A stretch of DNA of 42,005 nt from a virus (taxonomy: Duplodnaviria > Caudoviricetes), in the IMG/VR virus record IMGVR_UViG_3300037478_000272, positions 1-42,005 of that record, one strand, 5' to 3'. Shown in pieces: positions 1 through 8,251 of the stretch (position 1 is the first letter of the stretch; each line of letters opens with the position of its first letter). The position numbers were made by a program, and so were the translations under genes. The notes under the pieces were generated by a model. That model searched no databases and was not told the origin of the DNA. It worked only from the letters and a program-made list of their open reading frames with translations.

Positions 1-703
1 AATCGCGTCCGAGCTTGATGTAGACCGATTCCTCGTGGTGGTAGGTTCCGATCCCGACGATTTCGCGCTTGCCGTAGGCGGCGATCTTGTCGAACTCGTC
101 GGTGTCGTTGTAGAGCCGGGTTCGGGCATCGAGCGTGAGTGTGTTCTTGGGGGTCTCGATGTCGTCGAAGGCGAGGAAGTGGGCTCGGAGTCCGGGCAGC
201 GAGCCGTCGATCCCGATGGCGGTGAATGACGCGAAGGCGTGGTCGAGCTGGGCCGGCCCGACGTAGAACATCTTGCGTGCGTCGATGTGCTCGCGGGACG
301 GTTGCAGGTGCTGGAGGAAGAAGCAGGCCGCGATCCACTGGCGCGCGAGGTTGAGGGCCTTCATGGCGTGGTCGAGCGACTTGGAGATGTAGACGACTTT
401 GGTTTCGGGGTCGGTGTAGAGCCGGCGGAGGCATTCGGCGGTGAGCCGGTAGGTCTTGCCGAGCGAGCGCGGGCCCAGGATGATGCGGTGCGGGTCGGGC
501 TCGGGGTCGTGCTCGGTCGCGGCGCCGGCGATGAAGCTGACCATGTCGGCTTCGGTGTCGTCGATGGGCGCGTGGCGGTCGAGTCCGCGGTCGGCCCATA
601 GCGCGCGGTGGAAGTAGACGGGGTCGTCGCCGAGCCGGTTGTAGAACCGGAGCTTGTCGGCGTCGATGATGGTGACGCCGGAGGCGCCGTTTTCGACGGT
701 CAT
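1..703 (-). CDS. terL: Terminase large subunit, N-terminal ATPase part (T7 gp19-like); truncated by the window edge
   Basis: Not in the ORF track. Manual translation from ATG at 703 (ATGA overlap with the upstream stop) gives MTVENGASG...ILGPRSLGKT (Walker A)...FLAFDDIE (Walker B)...IVGIGT. The frame stays open to base 1. Confidence 0.9.
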   Translation of the reverse strand, partial: MTVENGASGVTIIDADKLRFYNRLGDDPVYFHRALWADRGLDRHAPIDDTEADMVSFIAGAATEHDPEPDPHRIILGPRSLGKTYRLTAECLRRLYTDPETKVVYISKSLDHAMKALNLARQWIAACFFLQHLQPSREHIDARKMFYVGPAQLDHAFASFTAIGIDGSLPGLRAHFLAFDDIETPKNTLTLDARTRLYNDTDEFDKIAAYGKREIVGIGTYHHEESVYIKLGRD

Positions 704-972
704 GCGGTTGCGGCGTCGTCGTGCTCGGTGTCGACGGGTGGTAGCGGGCCCAGCTTGACGTCGCCTCCGATGCGTCTCATGAGGTCGTGCTCGCGGCGCT
801 CGTCTTTGGGCGATGCGTGGGCCGGTCGCTCGGCGGCGAGCTTGAGGAGGCGGCAGGCGTTGTTGAGGAACGCGGAGGGCACGCGCGTGTCGGGGTTGGA
901 TTCGTAGAACTCGAGCTCGCGCACGACGAGCCGGTGCAGGCGGTCGCGGAGCTGCTCGGTGGAGTCGGTCAC
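700..972 (-). CDS. terS: Terminase small subunit (T7 gp18-like)
   Basis: 90-aa helical protein directly upstream of and coupled to terL. The segment PSAFLNNACRLLK resembles the gp18 core. Confidence 0.65.
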   Translation of the reverse strand: MTDSTEQLRDRLHRLVVRELEFYESNPDTRVPSAFLNNACRLLKLAAERPAHASPKDERREHDLMRRIGGDVKLGPLPPVDTEHDDAATA

Positions 973-3900
973 TCAATCCTCCTCTGGGAACTGCTGCGCC
1001 ATGAGGTCCACGAGGTTGCGGACCCCGATGATGTTCATGGGGAGCGCGAGCCTGCCCAGCGCGCGGAAGTCGTCGTCGCTGAACACTTCGTCGCCGGGCC
1101 CGACGATGCTGGATGCCACTCCTCGCGTTGCTCGGATGGCGTCGCGGAACGCCTGTGCGGTCGGGTTGTTGGATACGAACGGGATGTCGCGGCTGGACAG
1201 GCCGGAGCTGCGCGCGTCGAAGGGCGGGTCGTAGCCCGCGATACTCGCGAACCCGTCGGCGAACTGTGGCAGGAAGCTCGATGAGCCGCCTCGCTGCACG
1301 CCCGCCGCGACGAATCGCTGGGGTGTGAATGTCTCGCGTCGGAACTCGTCCCGCTCGCCCGGCTCCATCGTGAGGCTTCGGACGTACTGCTGGCCCATCC
1401 AGATCATCCCGCCGGTGAGGGACGCGAGCGACACGCGGGCCCAGGTCCGGCCCTCCAGGGCGTGCTGCTTGGAGTAGAGCATGTGGTTCTCCCACGACCG
1501 GACGTGGAAGCGCTGGAACTGGAAGAGCGTGCGGCCGAGTTCGCGGGTCATCCAGGGGTGGAGCTGCCCTATGTCCTCGCCGCGCATGATGAGGCGGTCG
1601 GCGGTCTGGTCGATCTTCTGGATGAGGAGTGCGGCCGCCTGCACGTCCTCGAACTCGTCTGGCCGGAATCGCCGCACGGTGCGGCCCAGGGGTCCGTCGG
1701 TGGTGATGATGCCGCGCTTGGCCGCGATCTCGGTTCGGATCGCGTCCGCGATGCGCTCGCCCTCGGCACGGGCCATGCCGAACGTCGCGAGGTCGGTCGC
1801 CTTGGGGGTGCCGCCGTCGGCCGCGATGTTGATGAAGCGCTGGATCGAGGCCGCGACCGAGCCGGTCTGCATGAACGCATTGATGGCGTGGAGGCCGGAT
1901 GCGTGGGAGGCGAACTTGCTCGCGCGGCGCAGGCCGCGGTCGAGCCCGCTCACACCCTCCTGCACGACGCCCTCGCCCTCGTCGATGATGATCGATCCGA
2001 CCCGCTCGCGGATCGCCTCCGACCCGACCGCGAACCACGCCTCGATGTCGCGCAGGAACGGGTTGGTGAGCGTGCCGTCGGCGGCTCGGCTGAGAACCCG
2101 GGTGAGGGCGCCGGACTGCTGGAGGAACGCCTTGAGGCCGAGTTCCCCGACAGCGCCGGCGAGCTCTGGCGGCTGCGCGAGCCCGAACCCGCCGCCGATG
2201 CGGAGGTAGTTGATCGATCTGACCTGCCGCATGAGCTTGCGGGCTCTGGTCTCGGATTCGAGCGGGATGTTGTGGAGCGTGCGCCAGAGGTCGTGGATGA
2301 GTTCGAGTTCCTCGGGCGTCGCGCCGCCGTCGGCGAGGCGCGATCGGAGGCCGTCGAAGGTTCGGAACACGGCGGGCTCGGCCGATTCGGGATCGACGAA
2401 CCGCTGACCCATCGTGCGCAGGATGGTGCGGCCGGCCGAAGCGCCCAGGACGTCGCGTGTGTAGCCCTCGACGAGCCGGTCGATGTCGTTCTCGATGAAG
2501 TCCATGATGGAGAGCTGGTCGCCGGCGTCGTTGGCGATCTTGTGGGTCTCGTCGAGCCGGACGCGGTGCTTCTCGCGCGCGATCGAGGGCGCGTCGGGCT
2601 GCTTCGCGGCCCCGTACAGGATCGACTGGATCTGGGCCTCGTCCGTGATGCCCTCGTCGCGGAGGATCTTCTCGAGGAAATCGGCGTCGTCGCCGGCGAA
2701 GGCGGCCTGCTTCTGCCACGGGTTGAAGTCGGTGTCGCGGCGGGAGACGTTGCGGACGAACCCCTTGGCGATGCGGGCGGCCGCGGCGGGGTCCAGATCG
2801 GGCGAGCCGAGCTCGATCGCCTCGCGGTAGAGCCGCTCGACGTCCTCCAGCCCGAAACGGGCGATCGCGCCGTTGAACTTCGACGGGCTGTTGAGCCGGG
2901 GCAGATAGGACTCGGAGTATTCGACGCCCTCGAACAGCCCGTGGCGCTGGCCGGTCTGGAAGACCGCCCGGAGCGCGTCGTCGACCGCCTTGAGCGCCTT
3001 GACGACGTTCGGGTCAGCGCCATCGCCCAGCCCGCCGAGCCGCCTCGTGACCGCTAGCTCTACGTTGAACTGCTCGATGGTGACGTCGTCCAATAGCATT
3101 CCGTGACGGTCAGCTCGGTAGGCATCGAACGCCTTGTCCTTGGCGTGGAAGTAGTCTGTCAGGGTGCGGCGGACCTGCCGGGCCTTCCACATCATGCCGG
3201 ACTCGCTTGAGCCGCGATCGTTCGCGAACTTGAGGACATCGTGAACGATCATGCGGGTAACTGCTCTGATGTCGCTGGATTCGCTCCGGCCCAGGATCGA
3301 GTTGTAGGACCGCCTGATGAGGGTGTCGGTGGCCTTGGAGTCGTTCGCGCCCTCGGGGTGGAAGTCGTCGGCGAAGCGGGCGGGGGCGGGTGGGGGTGGG
3401 GGCGTCGTAGCAGCGTCGGAGGGCGCCCTCGGGGCGTTGTCGGGCAATCGGCGAAGCTCGATCGACTCCTCGGGCTTCAGATAGATGCGAACGCCGTGTC
3501 TCGGGCTGCCGGTATTGAGTCCCCCGGCGTGGTCGATCGCGTCGTAGCCCATGCGTTCATTTGCGTGAGCGGTGAGCCGATCCATGATCTCGACGGCGTC
3601 ATTCGCTGATCGCGCCGGATGATCGGCGACGTCGAAGCGGATCTCGTCGAAAAGCTCCCGAAGTGGAGCGGCCTCATCGAAGAACTCGTTGAGGTCGGGG
3701 TCGCTGCGAATGAAGTCTCGAATCTCCGGCGGGGCAGGTTGTTCGAGATCGAGCACCTTGACCGTCTTCTTCTCGACCACCTGATAGATCGTCGAGTCGA
3801 ACGGCTTTCGGGTGCGCCGCGAAGTCTTGCCGACCGCCGCATATCCCTGGGCGATGTCGAGCGCGTCGGTCGTGTAGAAGCCCGTGCCGTAGAAGTTGGG

Positions 3901-5427
3901 CCCGCCCCCCGAGAAGTTGACCGGCGATTCCAGTGGGATTGGCGCCCGCGAGCCGTGGAATCGAACGCCTTGGCCGCGTGTCTCGGTCTTCGATGTGAGA
4001 CTCAACTGCTCTGGCGCAGGAGATACGTCGGCCGCCCTCGCGATGATGTTGGCGCTGTCGAGGTCTATCGCGTACCCACGCTGCACATTCGTCAGGAATG
4101 TGACGTAGTCTTTGCCGCCGATGTCATCGGCTGGCTGCCCGTCAGATAGCAGCGTGGCTTGGAATCGCCGATCCGGCTTGGACGAAGCGGAGACAAAGAT
4201 CGTGTCGCCGTGTGGGCCCTTGACGGTGAATGAAACTTCGCCATGCTCTTCGACGAATTTTGCCGCGCGAGCCTTGAGCGACGAGATCACTTCTGGCGAA
4301 TCGAGTGATGGGAAGTCTGACTTCCCCTTTTTCGCCCGGTTGTCAAGAAGCCGCTGTTCCGCTTTGTCGATGTCTGAAGCGAATCCCTCGCCGATTCTTC
4401 GAGGATCGCCCTTATCGGCGTCTCGCTGAAAGTTCTGTTCTCTCGCCGTTGTCTGGTCCCTCAGCGCCGCCCGATAGTCCTCGTTGAACGCCGGGTGGTT
4501 GAGGCGGTCGAACGCATCCTCGGGGCTCAAGGCCTTCAGCTCGGCCGCGTCCTCGGGGTCCAGGCCCAGCATGTCGACGGTGCGGTCGCGGAGGTGCGCG
4601 AGCCGCTCGGGGTCGAGCTGCTCGCGGAAGTACGCCGAACCCTCGCGCGTCAGGGTCTTCTCGACCACCTTGCGGGCTTCGGTGGGTGAGAGCTGGCGGT
4701 TGATGAACGCGTCGGCGGCTCGGAACTCGCCCGGCGCCGCCGCGCCCATCGCGAGCCGGGCCGCGTTCTCGAACTCGATGTCGCGTGCGCTGCGCGAGAA
4801 CGCTCGGCCGATCTCGGACCCGGCGGCGCCCAGCGCGACGCCGATCAGGCCGGCGTAGACCACGTCCTCGATGCCGCTGAGCGGGTCGTCGTGGCGCACG
4901 ATGGCCTCGATGGCGGCGTTCTCGGCCCCCGCGATGAAGCCCGCCCTGGCGATCCGCGTCATTCGCGTGGCCCGCGTGCCCAGCCCGATCACGCCCCCGG
5001 TCGGCAGCGTGGCCGCGATCGCGACCGGGTCCAGCACCGCGGCTCCGATGCGGGCCAGCACGCCTGATGCGCCGGCCGATGCGAGCGTGCGCTCGCTCCG
5101 CTGTGCACGGAGCATCTGGTCGCGGATCACCTTGGCGTGGTCGAGGCTGACCGCGTCCAGCAGCGCCGTGTGGAACTCCGGGTCCAGGCCATCGGTGAGC
5201 GATTCCCACATGGGCGAATCGGCGCCGCGGACGAACAGGTCGTCCCGGAATCGCGGGTCGATCCCGAAGCCCTCGCGGCCGAACCGGCGCGCGATGGCCG
5301 AACCCATCCATTCGCGGTCGATCGCCGCCCCCACGACGTTCCAGATTCCCGGCGGTCGGGTGGCGATCCGTTCCGCCTCTTCGGTCGCTCTGGTGGGGAT
5401 CGGGAGCGGCTGGGCGAAGCGTGTCAC
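973..5427 (-). CDS. Internal virion/ejection protein (gp16-like) with an inserted ADP-ribosyltransferase-like domain
   Basis: 1484 aa, last of three ejection-protein-sized genes. Has YLPR and a C-terminal ELGRTLFQFQRF motif typical of gp16-like proteins. Internal FHGS...YGTGFYTT...IAQGYA...GYDAI motif. Confidence 0.8.
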   Translation of the reverse strand: MTRFAQPLPIPTRATEEAERIATRPPGIWNVVGAAIDREWMGSAIARRFGREGFGIDPRFRDDLFVRGADSPMWESLTDGLDPEFHTALLDAVSLDHAKVIRDQMLRAQRSERTLASAGASGVLARIGAAVLDPVAIAATLPTGGVIGLGTRATRMTRIARAGFIAGAENAAIEAIVRHDDPLSGIEDVVYAGLIGVALGAAGSEIGRAFSRSARDIEFENAARLAMGAAAPGEFRAADAFINRQLSPTEARKVVEKTLTREGSAYFREQLDPERLAHLRDRTVDMLGLDPEDAAELKALSPEDAFDRLNHPAFNEDYRAALRDQTTAREQNFQRDADKGDPRRIGEGFASDIDKAEQRLLDNRAKKGKSDFPSLDSPEVISSLKARAAKFVEEHGEVSFTVKGPHGDTIFVSASSKPDRRFQATLLSDGQPADDIGGKDYVTFLTNVQRGYAIDLDSANIIARAADVSPAPEQLSLTSKTETRGQGVRFHGSRAPIPLESPVNFSGGGPNFYGTGFYTTDALDIAQGYAAVGKTSRRTRKPFDSTIYQVVEKKTVKVLDLEQPAPPEIRDFIRSDPDLNEFFDEAAPLRELFDEIRFDVADHPARSANDAVEIMDRLTAHANERMGYDAIDHAGGLNTGSPRHGVRIYLKPEESIELRRLPDNAPRAPSDAATTPPPPPAPARFADDFHPEGANDSKATDTLIRRSYNSILGRSESSDIRAVTRMIVHDVLKFANDRGSSESGMMWKARQVRRTLTDYFHAKDKAFDAYRADRHGMLLDDVTIEQFNVELAVTRRLGGLGDGADPNVVKALKAVDDALRAVFQTGQRHGLFEGVEYSESYLPRLNSPSKFNGAIARFGLEDVERLYREAIELGSPDLDPAAAARIAKGFVRNVSRRDTDFNPWQKQAAFAGDDADFLEKILRDEGITDEAQIQSILYGAAKQPDAPSIAREKHRVRLDETHKIANDAGDQLSIMDFIENDIDRLVEGYTRDVLGASAGRTILRTMGQRFVDPESAEPAVFRTFDGLRSRLADGGATPEELELIHDLWRTLHNIPLESETRARKLMRQVRSINYLRIGGGFGLAQPPELAGAVGELGLKAFLQQSGALTRVLSRAADGTLTNPFLRDIEAWFAVGSEAIRERVGSIIIDEGEGVVQEGVSGLDRGLRRASKFASHASGLHAINAFMQTGSVAASIQRFINIAADGGTPKATDLATFGMARAEGERIADAIRTEIAAKRGIITTDGPLGRTVRRFRPDEFEDVQAAALLIQKIDQTADRLIMRGEDIGQLHPWMTRELGRTLFQFQRFHVRSWENHMLYSKQHALEGRTWARVSLASLTGGMIWMGQQYVRSLTMEPGERDEFRRETFTPQRFVAAGVQRGGSSSFLPQFADGFASIAGYDPPFDARSSGLSSRDIPFVSNNPTAQAFRDAIRATRGVASSIVGPGDEVFSDDDFRALGRLALPMNIIGVRNLVDLMAQQFPEED

Positions 5428-7727
5428 TGGATCTGGCCTCCGAATCGCGGGTCGGACGGGTTGGTGGTCAGCGGAGTACCGAGCGGCCGTTTCACGTTCT
5501 CACGGATGATGCGGCGGATGATTGCCCGGAGGTGCTCGGGCACGAGGTCGATGTCCGCCGTGGGTGGGCTGTGCGGGTCCAGCCCGGCGGCTTCGCGATC
5601 GAGCGGCACGCGAATCTGCTCGTCTCCGAATCGCTGTCGCTCGGCGCGGCCCACGGCCAGCAGTGAGGCCAATGAGGACGACCGGATGATCGCTCTGCGC
5701 TCGCGCTCTTTCTCGACCTTGAGCAGCTTGGCGGCCCGCTCGTGGTCTTGCAGGAACGCCGATATCAGGTTGAGGTCCTGCGTGGTCAGGACGGGCGAGT
5801 CGTCCACCGGGCGGCGGTCGTTCTCGGCCACCAGCGACCATGTCCGGGTCGCGGGGTCGGGCAGCAGCGTGAGGTCGCGGGCCCGGATGCCGTCGCGCTC
5901 GCCGAACTCGTCCGCCCAGGTTTCCGCAGTCGCCCGGCCGATGTCGTCCGTCCAGGAGGGCGTGTCCAGACCCCGCGTGTCTACTCGATACCCGTTGAAG
6001 AGCCGCGTCTCGGCGAGGTACTGCTTCTTGGCGTCCTGGGCGGCCTTCCGCTCGCTGATCGTGCCGCCGCTGGCCTCGAGGTTGGCCTCGGCGATCTGCT
6101 CCAGGCGCGCCCTCGCCTGGACGAGGTTCTTGGGCGGCGAGCCGAAGATACCGCCACTCGGGAGCACGTCTTGGATGGCCTTGCTAAGCGCGGCGGCGCT
6201 GTACGCGACCTCATTGCGGCCCGTGCGGGCAGCCGCCTTGATGGCCTCGGGCACCGACTGATTGGTCGACTCGGCGTTGTTCGCGGCCTTGCTGAGGAAC
6301 TCCCAGTTGTTCCCCGCGACCATCCGGGCGACGTTCGGGTTCATCGCCTCGACGCGCCGGAAGAACTCCAGCGATGCCTGCGCGCTCTGGGGCACTTCGC
6401 CCGTCTCCGTGATGGTTCCGATGGTCGTGGCGCCGTAGGACATCATCCGCTCCCACTCGGGCGGCACGACGCGGTTCATCCCGACGTACTCCACTTTGGC
6501 GGCGAGGTTGGCGCCCGGGTCCGTGATGGCGGCGTCGATCGCGGCGAACTCACGCTGGCGGACAATCTCCATCGCGGCTTCGCGGGTGAGGAGCGGCGTC
6601 TTGTTCCCGCGCGGGTCGGGCAGATCGCCGATCAGCGCGAGGTTGAAGTTGTCGCCCGACGTCCGCATCGCCTCGGCGAGATCGTCGAGGTACTGCTCCT
6701 GAATCCCGTCAAGAACCGTCTGGACCGCGTCCGATGCGATCGTGGCCCGGCGTCGCTCGACTTCATCTCGGAAGCCGACCGCCGACGCCGCCGGGAGCGT
6801 TCCCTGCTCCTCCAGACGGTCGATCGTGCCCCTGACCTCTTCGAAGCTCGCCTCGCCGCGCTGAAGACGGGAGAATGCCCGCTCCACCTGGTCCTTGGCG
6901 AGCGATTCGATTTCACGCTGCTCCTGACCGAGCTGGGTATCGAGCGTCGCGCGGGCGACCTGGATCTCGGTATTGAAGTCGTCGCCCATCGCGCCCGCGA
7001 CCCGCTCGAAGGCTTCGTCGTCTCCGATCGATGCGGCCGCGTTGAGGGTGCGGATCAGAAGGCTCGCCCTCGCGCCGGCCCGGTCGACGCCCCGGAATGC
7101 CGGATCGTCGAGCACCTCGTCGGCCACGGCGCCGGGGTCGGCGGCATCGAGCATCGCGCCCGAGGCGGCCTGGGCCAGCACGCCGCGGGCCTCCTCCCGG
7201 ACGATCTCCTGCCTCGTTCCCAGGGCGGATGCGACGTCGTCCTGGACCGCCTGGGCACCCGACAGGAACGCCTCGGTGTCGCCGGCGGCGAACTCGCGCA
7301 CGATCCGCTCGGCGGTCTGCTCGGTCGTCTCGCCCTCCAGGGGCGTCAGGTTGAGGGTGGTGCCGTCGGCGAGCTCGATCGCGGCCTCGCCCTGGGTGAT
7401 GGCGGTGCGGATGCGTGGCAGGGCGGTGCGGGCCGCCAGCGAGCCCTCGCCCTCGTCGAGCAGTTCGGCGCGCTGCTCCAGCCGCTCGGCCTCGAACCGG
7501 CGCCGTTGCTCCAGAATCCCGACCTCCTCGACCGTCCGGGCCACCCCGCGCAGGACGCCCAGCGCGAGGCTGAGCCGGCGGGCGCCGCCCAGCGTGACGT
7601 TGCCGGGGTCGGTTCCGGGCGCGATCAGCGGCCGGATGTCGTCTCGGATCGCGGGCGCGTCGGGCGTGACGCGGCGCACGCGGCCGAGACCGAGCGGCAG
7701 GCGTCCGGGCACTCCGGTCTGGCTCAT
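5424..7727 (-). CDS. Internal virion/ejection protein (gp15-like)
   Basis: 767 aa, alpha-helical, Ala/Glu/Arg-rich. Lies between the gp14-like and gp16-like genes with 4-bp overlaps. Confidence 0.7.
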   Translation of the reverse strand: MSQTGVPGRLPLGLGRVRRVTPDAPAIRDDIRPLIAPGTDPGNVTLGGARRLSLALGVLRGVARTVEEVGILEQRRRFEAERLEQRAELLDEGEGSLAARTALPRIRTAITQGEAAIELADGTTLNLTPLEGETTEQTAERIVREFAAGDTEAFLSGAQAVQDDVASALGTRQEIVREEARGVLAQAASGAMLDAADPGAVADEVLDDPAFRGVDRAGARASLLIRTLNAAASIGDDEAFERVAGAMGDDFNTEIQVARATLDTQLGQEQREIESLAKDQVERAFSRLQRGEASFEEVRGTIDRLEEQGTLPAASAVGFRDEVERRRATIASDAVQTVLDGIQEQYLDDLAEAMRTSGDNFNLALIGDLPDPRGNKTPLLTREAAMEIVRQREFAAIDAAITDPGANLAAKVEYVGMNRVVPPEWERMMSYGATTIGTITETGEVPQSAQASLEFFRRVEAMNPNVARMVAGNNWEFLSKAANNAESTNQSVPEAIKAAARTGRNEVAYSAAALSKAIQDVLPSGGIFGSPPKNLVQARARLEQIAEANLEASGGTISERKAAQDAKKQYLAETRLFNGYRVDTRGLDTPSWTDDIGRATAETWADEFGERDGIRARDLTLLPDPATRTWSLVAENDRRPVDDSPVLTTQDLNLISAFLQDHERAAKLLKVEKERERRAIIRSSSLASLLAVGRAERQRFGDEQIRVPLDREAAGLDPHSPPTADIDLVPEHLRAIIRRIIRENVKRPLGTPLTTNPSDPRFGGQIQ

Positions 7728-8251
7728 GTGGCTGGTCCCTGTGGGGGGGCGGGTTCGGCGATCAGGTCGTTGAAGCCGCTCGCGAAGCTGAGTCCGGCCT
7801 GGGCGCCCTGCACGCCGCCGGCGAGCGCGGCCAGTCGCGGGTCGTCTCGGAGCGCGTCAAGCCGGGCCAGCTCGGCGGACGTCTGCGAGCCGGCGAAGAG
7901 GTTGCCCCGGCGGAGGTTCTCGATGATGGCCTCGATGTCCTCCTGCTCGTTGAAGAGTTCGACATCAGCCGCCTGTCCGAACGACCCACCCAGGCTCACC
8001 CCGGCTTCGGCGCCGGCCGCGAGGAGCGCGCCCCGGAGCCGGAGCCCGCGCCGCTGCCGCACCTGCCGGGCCTGCACGCCCTGGTCCTCGGCCTGCTCCT
8101 GCCGGAGCCGCTCGGCGCGCCGGGTCGCGGTTCGCTGGTTCGCGATCGAGCGGTTGCGGCGCTGGGCCTCGTGCAGGGATGCGCCGCCCGCGATCACGCT
8201 GGTCACGATGCTGGCCGCGGCGGCGGCTTCAACGACTCCCACGCGGTTCAT
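7724..8251 (-). CDS. Internal virion protein (gp14-like)
   Basis: 175 aa with a hydrophobic Ala/Gly N-terminus, a Gln/Arg coiled coil, AGAEAGVSLGGS, and a Gly/Ala C-terminus. Follows the tail nozzle gene. Confidence 0.75.
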   Translation of the reverse strand: MNRVGVVEAAAAASIVTSVIAGGASLHEAQRRNRSIANQRTATRRAERLRQEQAEDQGVQARQVRQRRGLRLRGALLAAGAEAGVSLGGSFGQAADVELFNEQEDIEAIIENLRRGNLFAGSQTSAELARLDALRDDPRLAALAGGVQGAQAGLSFASGFNDLIAEPAPPQGPAT

